Part shown: piece after piece, positions 24,122 to 33,046 of the stretch | How the letters are laid out: each line of letters opens with the position of its first letter | Numbering within the stretch: position 1 is the stretch's first letter | Source of the DNA: Nitrosopumilus sp. | GTDB lineage: Archaea > Thermoproteota > Nitrososphaeria > Nitrososphaerales > Nitrosopumilaceae | Direction: 5' to 3' | DNA length: 64,000 nt | Assembly (NCBI GenBank): GCA_965249555.1 | Contig: OZ252243.1 | Location: 2,112,001 to 2,176,000, forward strand | Notes under the pieces: model-generated | Told to the model about the DNA's origin: nothing | What the model saw: the letters and a program-made list of their open reading frames with translations, nothing else | Database searches by the model: none | Translations under genes and position numbers: made by a program

Positions 24122-24342
24122 CCTCCTATTTCTGAAATAACGTTTCCAGTGGTACGATTCCTGTATGTGAAGTTACTTTCTGGGCATCTCTTTGAGATAT
24201 CATATTTGCAACTTCAAGGAATAATTTTCATTGAAACCGTCTGTGATTTCAATTATACAATCTCACACCCATCCGCTGAGTCGGTTCTGAAATTATATCT
24301 CAGAATAAAACGGGTTTGGATGATATGGCTCAGTCAAAAAAA
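24101..24342 (-). promoter_or_regulatory. ~240-bp conserved structured upstream repeat R1 (T-tract, pseudoknot-like core, hairpins, SD, first codons)
   Basis: Full copies also at 25729-25969, 32282-32515, 34105-34338, 35782-36015, 37393-37629, 38370-38611, 39950-40186, 40927-41168, 42507-42739. Confidence 0.85.
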
Positions 24343-24354
24343 GATGCTGTATGT

Positions 24355-24819
24355 CTACAGCTTGTCTTCGATTTTCTTTAAGATACCTGTCATATCTTTG
24401 AGAGAATTTGATGTCTCTTTCTGAGATGATGCTATCTCTTTGAGAGAATTTGATGTCTCTTTCTGAGATGATGCTGTCTCTTTCTGAGATGATGCTATCT
24501 CTTTGAGAATTCCAGATATCTCTATATGGTTTTCTTTGAGAATTTTTGTATGGCTCTCAAGGATTTCATTTTGCTCGTTGAATCGCCTGTACAGCTTGTG
24601 TGCCACATCTCTTGTTGCAAGCATCATATAGACACCTACGACGCCGGCAATAATAAAGGCAGCTCCCAAGGCAATCAGCATTTCATTATATGGGGGCGTG
24701 ATTCCAAGTGCCAGAATACCTGCTCCCAGACACATTATAACAAACAACCAGTGGTTGCCTTTTGTGGTATCTTGTATTTGGGATGAAATCCTTCTTATCT
24801 GGTTTTTGGTATCTACCAC
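24355..24819 (-). CDS. Two-TM protein with heptad-repeat coiled-coil tail (family M1)
   Basis: TM pair, then SSQKE(I/T)A/SNSLKEI 21-bp repeats; 6 paralogs in window. Confidence 0.75.
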   Translation of the reverse strand: MVDTKNQIRRISSQIQDTTKGNHWLFVIMCLGAGILALGITPPYNEMLIALGAAFIIAGVVGVYMMLATRDVAHKLYRRFNEQNEILESHTKILKENHIEISGILKEIASSQKETASSQKETSNSLKEIASSQKETSNSLKDMTGILKKIEDKL

Positions 24820-24893
24820 TTGTAATTTTTATCTCCGTTGTTATCCCACATTATCCCAGTCATGTGTCTCATCTGTATGCTCCTCTTAAAAAA

Positions 24894-25127
24894 CTAAGAG
24901 GCATGTACAAGCTCTGATTCTGCAGATAGTTTCTGCAACATTTTTACTGCAATGACATGCGAGCATTCACCTCGAAACTTGAATCCCATACATTCGCATA
25001 TCTCATCATTTATGATGTATGATCTTCCAGGAGTGGATGCGTTTACCTGGTAGGTATCATCATCAATCTGAATGATGCATTTTGTGTCTATGAGATTCTG
25101 TGCCTTTTTCTCCGTGAATTCAGACAT
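24894..25127 (-). CDS. SWIM zinc-finger protein
   Basis: CECMGFKFRGECSHVIAV. Confidence 0.75.
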   Translation of the reverse strand: MSEFTEKKAQNLIDTKCIIQIDDDTYQVNASTPGRSYIINDEICECMGFKFRGECSHVIAVKMLQKLSAESELVHAS

Positions 25128-25177
25128 TACCCACATTGGATGAAGACGTATCAAGGTGGATTTCTGTCGTATCACTC

Positions 25178-25540
25178 TCATAGAGTTGTATAATCTCCAT
25201 CACACACTCGGGTTTCTAATGTTGCTCCTGCAAACCAATTACTTTTAGTTAGTTCTTGCAGCTGCTGTCCTACCTTGTTTTCAGATACTCCAGATGCTGA
25301 TTTGGCAGACCATGTGATTCCAAGTTCTCTTTGTGTGTGTCCGCATTTCTCCGGTCCGTTGAATCTGATTTCAGTTGGAGCAATTGTCGGATAGTTCGTA
25401 CCCATTCCGTCTGCAAGAACTACTCCAAGATGTCTTAGTGGTGTTACCATCTTTTTGAAATCCGTTGCAACTTTTGAGAATTTTCCCGCATCAAACTCTG
25501 GTGATACGTAATAGTAGTGAGTGTAACCCATTAGTTGCAC
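25178..25540 (-). CDS. Hypothetical mobile-element protein (MGYTHY...IRFNG type)
   Basis: 120-aa ORF conserved in 6 copies. Confidence 0.6.
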   Translation of the reverse strand: MQLMGYTHYYYVSPEFDAGKFSKVATDFKKMVTPLRHLGVVLADGMGTNYPTIAPTEIRFNGPEKCGHTQRELGITWSAKSASGVSENKVGQQLQELTKSNWFAGATLETRVCDGDYTTL

Positions 25541-25749
25541 TCTACACAGTTACATGACACTGCATGCTGTTCTGGTAATGAGGAATAGTATGCTTCATTT
25601 ACAATCTTTTCCTCATGACACTGTTGCAGGATTTCAAGTTGTTCTGAACTCCACCCCATGCTAACTATACACTTTGTATGAGAGAGGGGATTTTGTGAAT
25701 TGATTTCTGTGCTCTCACTTGCACTGTTTTGTTGGACCATTCGGTTCAA
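25531..25749 (-). CDS. Small Cys/His protein (H...C.C..C)
   Basis: First gene after repeat; 6 copies. Confidence 0.6.
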   Translation of the reverse strand: MNRMVQQNSASESTEINSQNPLSHTKCIVSMGWSSEQLEILQQCHEEKIVNEAYYSSLPEQHAVSCNCVECN

Positions 25750-25969
25750 CCTCCTATTTCTGAAATAACGTTTCCAGTGGTACGATTCCTGTATGTGAAA
25801 TTACTTTTTGAGCATCTCTTTGAGATGTCATATTTGCAACTTCAAGGAATAATTTTCATTGAAACCGTCTGTGATTTCAATTATGTCATCTCACACCCGT
25901 CCACTGAGTCGGTTCTGAAACTATGTTTCAAAATAAAACGGGTTTGGATGGTATGGCTCAGTCAAAAAA
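25729..25969 (-). promoter_or_regulatory. Conserved upstream repeat R2
   Basis: Near-identical to R1. Confidence 0.85.
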
Positions 25970-25985
25970 TGTGGTGTTTGAAAAC

Positions 25986-26423
25986 TCAGTCTTTGCTTTG
26001 TAGAATGTCTTTTATCTCGTTCTGAGATTTTGCCATCTCGTTCTGAGATTTTGCCATCTCGTTCTGAGATTTTACTATCTCGTTCAGAGATTCTGTAATG
26101 GATTGCAATGCCTTTATGATACTTGTGCCAATATTCATGTTTTCTTTGCCGACATCATATATTGCCTCTTTGATACTTGTGCCAATATCCATCGTAGTCC
26201 AAGACATTAACATACCTACGAACCCAACTATAATAAAGGCTATGCCTTCACTTAGCAGTCGTTTGTCTGTCAGTTGGCTTGTGATGGTTAGGAATGACCC
26301 AACTACTACCATTGCCACAAATATCATGTTTTGACGTCGTGTAAGACTGGTTCTTATTCTGTCTGTGGTTATTTTTTCCATTTTCTTTTTTGTAATGCTG
26401 CAAGCATCATACCTTCTCCACAT
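25986..26423 (-). CDS. Two-TM protein with SQNEMAK heptad repeats (family M2; start probably downstream at MEKIT)
   Basis: Paralog of 42756-43433. Confidence 0.7.
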   Translation of the reverse strand: MWRRYDACSITKKKMEKITTDRIRTSLTRRQNMIFVAMVVVGSFLTITSQLTDKRLLSEGIAFIIVGFVGMLMSWTTMDIGTSIKEAIYDVGKENMNIGTSIIKALQSITESLNEIVKSQNEMAKSQNEMAKSQNEIKDILQSKD

Positions 26424-26482
26424 CCAATCTGCCTGTCAGGTGCATTTGCACTGATATTGGATTTGAGAGGATTGTCAGGTCA
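26415..26482 (-). promoter_or_regulatory. Short variant of the structured leader motif (also 27114-27180, 43425-43492)
   Basis: Covarying stems; lies directly upstream of genes. Confidence 0.7.
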
Positions 26483-26527
26483 CAAAAAAAGGATTGTATG
26501 GTGTAAAAATCACCATTTAACATTTGG

Positions 26528-27100
26528 TTATACCAAATATTTTGAGTGAGCCCTTAATTGCATGAAAGCACAGTGCAGAATGTTATACATTGTGTTCTGG
26601 TCTCGCGTGTGTTGGTTTGAGGATACATGTAAAAGAATGGCTTGTAGTGTTTCAACTTTCTCATTTCTTTCAAACTCCCACAAATGCCTGAGGTCGGCTT
26701 TGAACAGATTTCTATAAAATCCTTCACCATTATCAAGTGTCTGATGGGCAGTCTCTATGTTGTTAAAGTCACCAGTGTCCATATATCCAGACCTTTTGGT
26801 TATCCCATCTGACCTTGCAATGATAAATCTGTTAAAGTCTGTATCCGGCTCTAACTGATCCCATGCAAATGCCTCAAACACTTTTATCCCATATGAAAGA
26901 CTGGATTCATCCCCTACGATTATGTTATCATAGTTGTAGAATTTTCTTATCTCTTCCAGACTGGATTTGTCTGGTTTTGATCCTGTTGCTATTAGTATTT
27001 TCCCACATCTCAAAGTCAACTCATCTTTGTTAGATATGTCTCTTAATGTCAATACTAAATCAAGGTTCTCACTGTATTCTGATTTGTTCATTTTTTTCAC
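26528..27100 (-). CDS. Hypothetical protein
   Basis: 190-aa ORF downstream of leader motif. Confidence 0.65.
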   Translation of the reverse strand: MKKMNKSEYSENLDLVLTLRDISNKDELTLRCGKILIATGSKPDKSSLEEIRKFYNYDNIIVGDESSLSYGIKVFEAFAWDQLEPDTDFNRFIIARSDGITKRSGYMDTGDFNNIETAHQTLDNGEGFYRNLFKADLRHLWEFERNEKVETLQAILLHVSSNQHTRDQNTMYNILHCAFMQLRAHSKYLV

Positions 27101-27345
27101 TTTTTATCTTCCTTCTCCACACTTGCCTGCCTGTCAGGTACTTTCGTACTGTTGCAAGATTTGAGAGGATTGTCAGGTCAGTCCCTAGGATGTGCTGAAT
27201 TGTGGTCGCATACGCAAAGTAAACCCACAACTCAATACACCTTCGGGTATTATGGAGCCTTTCTGTCGTTGTAAGATGAGTTCTGCATCATTTGGGAGAT
27301 GTCATAACTTTATCTTTGTAATTGTTCCAAAGTCTTCAGTAGACA

Positions 27346-28152
27346 TTAGTTCTCTATCTCTATTGGCGGGTTTTCTTTAGTGATATTTTCAGCATCACTT
27401 AACATTGCAGTTATTGCCTTTTGTACTCTGCTGAGAACCTTAAAGCATGCCCGTCCAACTTCTTCTGGAGAGTCAGTTTTTGCATATGTTGCGATATAAT
27501 TCCAGGTGTAGTTTTCTGAATCATATCCGTACATCTTTGCAAGTACACAAGCTCCCAACTGTGCGACTGTTTCTTGTTCTGGGTCTTGTTTTAGCTTTAG
27601 TTTGATATTTTTGTTATCATACCAGTGAACTAATTCGTGTAGAAATGTATCAGGAGCTTCGGTACTCAGTACAATCTCTTTTCTTTTTGGATCAATTGAA
27701 CCGTATTCTCCATGACGTGTGTTTTCCCATTTCACATCAATTCCATTTTTTGCTGCCAAGTCAAACAACGGAGGCAGAACTTTTGGGGCATATTCTTGCA
27801 GAGGTTCACCTTCTGTATCCTCATATCGAAATACAGGCATTCCCCTGAATCCAATCACTATTGTTTTGTCCTCTTCATTTTTGTCTTTGATTCTTTTTTG
27901 CATTGGAATCAATATGTATATTGCCTTGGAACCTTTTTTGACATGTCTTCTTACCTGCTCCCACTGCCTGTATCCTCTTGCATCAGTTGTTCCAGAGAAG
28001 AGCATTAGTACTTGGTTTCCCAAAGACCATGAGGATGATGGAATTTCTTCTGCACTGATGAATGCCTTTGCACATGTTTCTGCAAACTCTTTGTTGGAAA
28101 AGTGTTCTACAATGTCATTTAGAATAGCTGTTGCCTTTTCAGAATTCTTCAT
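27346..28152 (-). CDS. ardC: ArdC-like protein (ssDNA-binding N-domain plus zincin-like domain), putative anti-restriction
   Basis: WSLGNQVLM..GYRQWEQVRRHVKKGSKAIYILIP, VFRYEDTEG, HELVH, ETVAQLGA. Confidence 0.8.
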   Translation of the reverse strand: MKNSEKATAILNDIVEHFSNKEFAETCAKAFISAEEIPSSSWSLGNQVLMLFSGTTDARGYRQWEQVRRHVKKGSKAIYILIPMQKRIKDKNEEDKTIVIGFRGMPVFRYEDTEGEPLQEYAPKVLPPLFDLAAKNGIDVKWENTRHGEYGSIDPKRKEIVLSTEAPDTFLHELVHWYDNKNIKLKLKQDPEQETVAQLGACVLAKMYGYDSENYTWNYIATYAKTDSPEEVGRACFKVLSRVQKAITAMLSDAENITKENPPIEIEN

Positions 28153-28478
28153 TGTGATGTGTATATTTGATAGCTTCGAATTGAAGACCGGCTGTTTGTG
28201 TTATGCTCTATGAGATTGTCTTTGAGATCATATCCTAGACTCTGATTCTGTTTTGCATTGCAAAACAAAGTAGCGTCACAATCTTCTTCAAGGTACACAT
28301 ATTTGTCGTTTGTGTAACTGTATTTTGAGATTTTCTCGGCAATTCCCAAGGACTCTAGTTCAGATTGTAAGACTTTGAGCCATCCGTGACTTTGGTCTGA
28401 AAAGAAATGGTACTTTTCGTTTGTTTCTATTACTTTTTGTTTCATGTTTTTCCTCCTTAAAGGGACCATCTCACACAT
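28149..28478 (-). CDS. Conserved phage/plasmid-type hypothetical protein
   Basis: DQSHGWLKV..LGI..IS.YSY..YLEEDCDA. Confidence 0.65.
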   Translation of the reverse strand: MCEMVPLRRKNMKQKVIETNEKYHFFSDQSHGWLKVLQSELESLGIAEKISKYSYTNDKYVYLEEDCDATLFCNAKQNQSLGYDLKDNLIEHNTNSRSSIRSYQIYTSQ

Positions 28479-28553
28479 CCGTTCTGCTGAGTCAGCTGGT
28501 ATTATTATACCAGGATAACGGAGTTGGAGTGGTAGTCTCAGTCAAGAAAAAAA
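28469..28553 (-). promoter_or_regulatory. Diverged core of the conserved upstream repeat
   Basis: GCTGAGTC..CTCAGTC retained; different inner hairpin CTGGTAT-TATT-ATACCAG. Confidence 0.7.
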
Positions 28554-28613
28554 TTGGGGTTGTGGATAGATGTTCTGGTGTGTTTGTAACTACACACCGT
28601 CTCATCTGGTTTG

Positions 28614-29651
28614 TTATATTTTCTGACTCGCTGTTGGGACAGGAAGCGAGCTTGCAAAGGATTGTACTATATGCTGGTTCTTTTCTTTGTGGTCTTTTTT
28701 GGTTGGTAGATTACCATATTTGTAGTCCAGTCTCCTCAGTTCTGTACCGTCCCATTTCTTCTCAAGAGAGTCTGCCTTTCTTTTGTACACCTTGGACTGT
28801 CTTTTGGATGTATGATTCCATGAATCAATCATCTCTGCAGATAGGACTGGTGTTGTGTGGATGATGAATGCTTTTGTCTCTGCGTTGAACTGTCTGTCTT
28901 TGGCATCATCTGTTGGCTCTCGATTGTATTTTTTGAGAATCTCTAGTTTGTCAGAGTCTGTCAATGGTCTGTCTCCTTCACTGATTGCAGCAACAAAAAT
29001 CAGACTGCATGATAGTATGGGTCTGACCTGAACAGTCTTTACCTCATCACCGCTTGGAATTAATAGTAATTCCTCACTGTGTGTTTTTCCTGTTGTCTGT
29101 ATGGATGATATTCCAGATAACTTTGGAGTGATTCCGGTACTCTGGTATCTCCTTGGTCGGTGTGATAGAATTCTGTCAGTCCTTTCAGCTGCTCTGATGT
29201 CTTTTTTTGCAAATTCTATCTCCAGGAATTGCTCATCCCATGATGGTACGATACCAGTAGAGAATCTCTTTCTTTGTACAAGGTATCCTCCACAGACACA
29301 ACGAGTTATGTCTGCTGGTTGTTTCCAGGAATGGCATCTCTTGCAACAAGTTGCCTTTTCAGTTTTTATGGAATCCATGTCAACTGGCTGTACTTCCAAT
29401 GGATATGCTCCCTTGAATTTCTTCATTGGAATCTCAAATAAACAGAGTTTGCCGTCTTGAAGAACTGCTACTACACCCTCTTTGGCTCTGAATTGAATCA
29501 AAGCCTTGTTGGTACGGTCATATTTGACATGACCTCTGTACCCTTGGGATTCTAGTTTCTGCTCAAGGTAGTTCTTTACCAAAAGCAATTTTTGACTACT
29601 TGGTACATTTTTGATACTTGTACTGGTATTGTTTGAATTTTTGAAAACCAT
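28614..29651 (-). CDS. Unknown basic protein with Zn-finger-like CKRC..CVC (paralog of 44246-45289)
   Basis: 345-aa ORF, highly similar paralog in window. Confidence 0.8.
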   Translation of the reverse strand: MVFKNSNNTSTSIKNVPSSQKLLLVKNYLEQKLESQGYRGHVKYDRTNKALIQFRAKEGVVAVLQDGKLCLFEIPMKKFKGAYPLEVQPVDMDSIKTEKATCCKRCHSWKQPADITRCVCGGYLVQRKRFSTGIVPSWDEQFLEIEFAKKDIRAAERTDRILSHRPRRYQSTGITPKLSGISSIQTTGKTHSEELLLIPSGDEVKTVQVRPILSCSLIFVAAISEGDRPLTDSDKLEILKKYNREPTDDAKDRQFNAETKAFIIHTTPVLSAEMIDSWNHTSKRQSKVYKRKADSLEKKWDGTELRRLDYKYGNLPTKKDHKEKNQHIVQSFASSLPVPTASQKI

Positions 29652-29968
29652 TTGGCTTCATCTCCTTTTGCAAAAAACATACCGAAGTTGTAACATATGA
29701 TGTCTGGTTTCTAGTAGATGTTGTCATCCAGCTTAGCCTAGGCTAAGATTAAAAAAATACATGGATGTGATTGAATATCAATCTACTGTCTGTTATCTGA
29801 CAGACTGTGTTGCACTGAAAAAAGATTTCACGTGTCTGTAGTCTTTGTATGCTTTTGCTAGTTTGGTTGTATTTCTGTCAGATTTTATCCTGCCAGAACA
29901 GACGTCATTTCTGAAAATATCGTTTTTCATCTGGACGATTCTCATATGAGAATTTTTTTTACCAGTCG

Positions 29969-30050
29969 CACACCCATCCGCTGAGTCGGTTCTGAAACTG
30001 TGTTTCAAAATAAAATGGGTTTGGACTGTATGGCTCAGTCAAGAAAAAAA
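29969..30050 (-). promoter_or_regulatory. Core-only copy of conserved upstream repeat
   Basis: Direct sequence match. Confidence 0.8.
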
Positions 30051-30082
30051 TTGGATTTCTGTAAATTTCTTTACAGTTGGTT

Positions 30083-30796
30083 TTAGCACCCAGATTGTTT
30101 TGCCCATGGTTCATCACCGAATTCACTGATATTACAGAATCGATGAATGATCTCCGCATGGCTGTTTGATACGAGTAATGAGTTGATAGATGCAGTTGGA
30201 GTGTGTGCTGGATATCCCATACACCACACCTTGGCAATCATCCTACCATGTGAGCCGCCTTTCTGCCCGTCGTCTGCATCATAGAGTACCGCGGTTCCAA
30301 CAGGGCATTGCTTTATTGTAAATGCAGTCGCATTAGAATAGCCTTGCTCGTTACGCTCTGGAGTGTTCACCAGGGATAGTCGTATTCGAATACCATCAAT
30401 GTCTATGGTATCACCGTCGACAATCTTTGTGACTTTTCCACTCTTAACCGTTCCATATGGTATGACATCAGGGATTTGCTGTTTTGCAATATTTGTTGAT
30501 GCAATATCATTTGGCGTATCTGCCGGTTCTGATATCTGGGTGTCATTGTGAACTTTTTCAAGTTCGTTTGTGGTGTTTGCAAAGACTGCACTTATGCCCT
30601 CTGTTTTTTCCTCAACTGATGATATCATTCCGGGAATGTCTGCTGCAAGCAGTGCTGGAACAACATAGGCGTATGTGAGGGATGCAATGCTGACAATAAA
30701 TACAGTCATGCAAACAGCCACTGTTATTTTTTTGATAAATTGTTTTTTTGACATGGACTCGTATGTGAGTTTCGGAAACTTATTCCTCATCAGCAT
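30083..30796 (-). CDS. Membrane-anchored staphylococcal-nuclease (thermonuclease) family protein
   Basis: GKVTKIVDGDTI..IRIRLSLVNTPE, HGRMIAKV, INSLLV; N-terminal TM. Confidence 0.9.
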   Translation of the reverse strand: MLMRNKFPKLTYESMSKKQFIKKITVAVCMTVFIVSIASLTYAYVVPALLAADIPGMISSVEEKTEGISAVFANTTNELEKVHNDTQISEPADTPNDIASTNIAKQQIPDVIPYGTVKSGKVTKIVDGDTIDIDGIRIRLSLVNTPERNEQGYSNATAFTIKQCPVGTAVLYDADDGQKGGSHGRMIAKVWCMGYPAHTPTASINSLLVSNSHAEIIHRFCNISEFGDEPWAKQSGC

Positions 30797-30838
30797 GTCT
30801 TCTAGTTGAGTTATATTGATGAAATGATATGAGAATAG

Positions 30839-30906
30839 TGAGGGTCAGAACTTTTGCTGTCATCATTACTGATGTTCAGATCAACGCCGCTCTCATCATC
30901 CCCTCA
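30839..30906 (-). ncRNA. Box C/D-type guide sRNA, copy 1
   Basis: UGAGGG-G-AUGAUGA-GAGCGGCGUUGAU-CUGA-ACAUCAGUA-AUGAUGA-CAGCAAAAGUU-CUGA-CCCUCA. Confidence 0.85.
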
Positions 30907-31072
30907 TTATCAATCTAGAATGTTTTGAAATGTGTAAATTGGAGTTTTGTAGACTGCACTTGTACCCTCTGTCTGCTCCTCAACTGATGATATCATTCCG
31001 GGAATGTCTGCTGCAAGCAGTGCCGTAACACTTCTGGTTATGAGTTATATTGATGAAATGATATGAGAATAG

Positions 31073-31140
31073 TGAGGGTCAGAATATGGGGCTGTCATCA
31101 TTACTGATGTTCAGATCAACGCCGTTCTCATATCCCCTCA
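31073..31140 (-). ncRNA. Box C/D-type guide sRNA, copy 2 (C box has a 1-nt deletion)
   Basis: C box reads AUAUGA; D' guide GAACGGCGUUGAU; D guide CAGCCCCAUAUU. Confidence 0.7.
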
Positions 31141-31306
31141 TTATCAATCTAGAATGTTTTGAAATGTGTAAATTGGAGTTTTGTAGACTGCACTTGTACC
31201 CTCTGTCTGCTCCTCAACTGATGATATCATTCCGGGAATGTCTGCTGCAAGCAGTGCCGTAACACTTCTGGTTATGAGTTATATTGATGGAATGATATGA
31301 GAATAG

Positions 31307-31374
31307 TGAGGGTCAGAATATTGGCTGTCATCATTACTGATGTTCAGATCAACGCCGTTCTCATCATCCCCTCA
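31307..31374 (-). ncRNA. Box C/D-type guide sRNA, copy 3
   Basis: Perfect C, D', C', D boxes; D' guide GAACGGCGUUGAU; D guide CAGCCAAUAUU. Confidence 0.85.
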
Positions 31375-31540
31375 TTATCAATCTAGAATGTTTTGAAATG
31401 TGTAAATTGGAGTTTTGTAGACTGCACTTGTACCCTCTGTCTGCTCCTCAACTGATGATATCATTCCGGGAATGTCTGCTGCAAGCAGTGCCGTAACACT
31501 TCTGGTTATGAGTTATATTGATGGAATGATATGAGAATAG

Positions 31541-31608
31541 TGAGGGTCAGAACGGTTTTCTGTCATCATATTGATGTTCAGCTCAACGCCGCTCTCATCA
31601 TCCCCTCA
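31541..31608 (-). ncRNA. Box C/D-type guide sRNA, copy 4
   Basis: Perfect boxes; D' guide GAGCGGCGUUGAG; D guide CAGAAAACCGUU. Confidence 0.85.
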
Positions 31609-31912
31609 TTATCAATCTAGAATGTTTTGAAATGTGTAAATTGGAGTTTTGTAAAATTTTAGGATATTTGGAAAATTGTATTGGGTTTTGTAAAGTTTTA
31701 GGATTTTGGAAAATTGTAAAGTTTGGAGTTTTGCAGAGTTGTAAATGGTTTTGGAAAAAAGTCAGTTTCTTGTAATGATTTTGTGGTTTTTGATTTTGTT
31801 GTCTGTTTTTTTGGTTTTAGTTTTGGGTTGTAAAGCGTTGCAATATTCTGCAACGCCAAAACATCCTGAAAATTCAATCAAAATATTTTCTTGTACCGTT
31901 TTTCTGCAGATA

Positions 31913-32179
31913 CTAGAATTCAGGCTCTCCGTCATCTGCAATTCCCGGTTTTGTATCAGAGATGGTATCTTTTTTTGGATCTGGATTGATTGTTCCCATA
32001 ACATCAGTTAGAATCTTTGAGACCTCAATACCCATACTGTCCTGGTTTTGTATGTAAAGCAGTAGATCCTCGCTTGTCTGCTCCAGCTTCCTTCTGATTC
32101 TTGCCCGAATCTCCCTTTGGTATTTCTTTGAGAATGTCTGTGGTGATATGATAAATCTCCTCTCCTTTGGACTCAGCAA
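31913..32179 (-). CDS. Small basic protein, putative ParR-like adaptor (paralog of 46948-47226)
   Basis: MLSPKERRFIISPQTFSKK vs MPLTEKEKRVIVSPLSFSSK; follows an actin gene remnant. Confidence 0.65.
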   Translation of the reverse strand: MLSPKERRFIISPQTFSKKYQREIRARIRRKLEQTSEDLLLYIQNQDSMGIEVSKILTDVMGTINPDPKKDTISDTKPGIADDGEPEF

Positions 32180-32285
32180 TTCTTTTCAGCCCTCATAAAG
32201 TGGCCTTGTGCATTGCTGTATAGCGCATCCCCTGGAATGACAAACTGTAGTCCGGTCTTTTTTAGGGACTGATTGATGGCGCCAT
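32173..32285 (-). pseudogene. 3' remnant of a second ParM-like actin gene
   Basis: Manual translation GAINQSLKKTGLQFVIPGDALYSNAQGHFMRAEKNC* aligns with the ParM C-terminus VRIAKNPVYSNALGMLKKASKH. Confidence 0.6.
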
Positions 32286-32515
32286 TCGGTTCAACCCCCT
32301 ATTTCTGAAATAACGTTTCCAGTAGTACAATTCCTGTATGTGAAATTACTTTTTGAACATCTCTTTGAGATATCCTGTTTGTAATTCCTAGGAATAATTT
32401 TCATTGAAACCGTTTGTGATTTCAATTATGTCATCTCACACCCATCCGCTGAGTCGGTTCTGAAACTATGTTTCAAAATAAAACGGGTTTGGATGGTATG
32501 GCTCAGTCAAAAAAA
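32282..32515 (-). promoter_or_regulatory. Conserved upstream repeat
   Basis: Near-identical to R1. Confidence 0.85.
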
Positions 32516-32527
32516 GATGCTGTATGT

Positions 32528-33046
32528 CTACAGCTTGTCTTCTATTCTCTTTAAGATACTTGTCATATCTTTGAGAGAATTTGATGTCTCTTTCTGAGAT
32601 GATGCTGTCTCTTTCTGAGATGATGCTATCTCTTTGAGAGAATTTGATGTCTCTTTCTGAGATGATGCTATCTCTTTGAGAGAATTTGATGTCTCTTTCT
32701 GAGATGATGCTATCTCTTTGAGAATTCCAGATGTCTCTATATGGTTTTCTTTGAGAATTTTTGTATGGCTCTCAAGGATTTCATTTTGCTCGTTGAATCG
32801 CCTGTACAGCTTGTGTGCCACATCTCTTGTTGCAAGCATCATATAGACACCTACGACGCCGGCAATAATAAAGGCAGCTCCCAAGGCAATCAGCATTTCA
32901 TTATATGGGGCGTGATTCCAAGTGCCAGAATACCTGCTCCCAGACACATTATAACAAACAACCAGTGGTTGCCTTTTGTGGTATCTTGTATTTGGGATGA
33001 AATCCTTCTTATCTGGTTTTTGATATCTACCACTTGTAATTTTCAT
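32528..33046 (-). pseudogene. Family M1 membrane protein, 1-bp frameshift
   Basis: G4 at 32907-32910 versus G5 in the other five copies. Confidence 0.65.

Larger units (their letters stand above)
30807..31653. repeat. Tandem array, 234-bp period, ~3.6 units, each carrying a box C/D-type RNA gene
   Basis: RNA cores start at 30839, 31073, 31307, 31541. Confidence 0.95.

Noticed and set aside
24260-24335. Twister, HDV-like or hammerhead ribozyme identity for the pseudoknot core
   Set aside because: Superficial similarity only; CUGANGA/GAAA, HDV P3/L3 and twister GC/AAGC cores are not conserved across variants
30583-31491. Diversity-generating retroelement TR/VR pair (nuclease fragment versus repeats)
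   Set aside because: Differences are not adenine-specific and no reverse transcriptase is present
30839-31608. Canonical TIGR-Tas locus
   Set aside because: Units have full archaeal C/D boxes with long linkers and no intact Nop-domain Tas gene is recognisable; kept only as an analogy
30807-31653. CRISPR array
   Set aside because: 234-bp units with only ~9 strongly variable nt, no 25-45-bp repeat/spacer pattern and no cas genes
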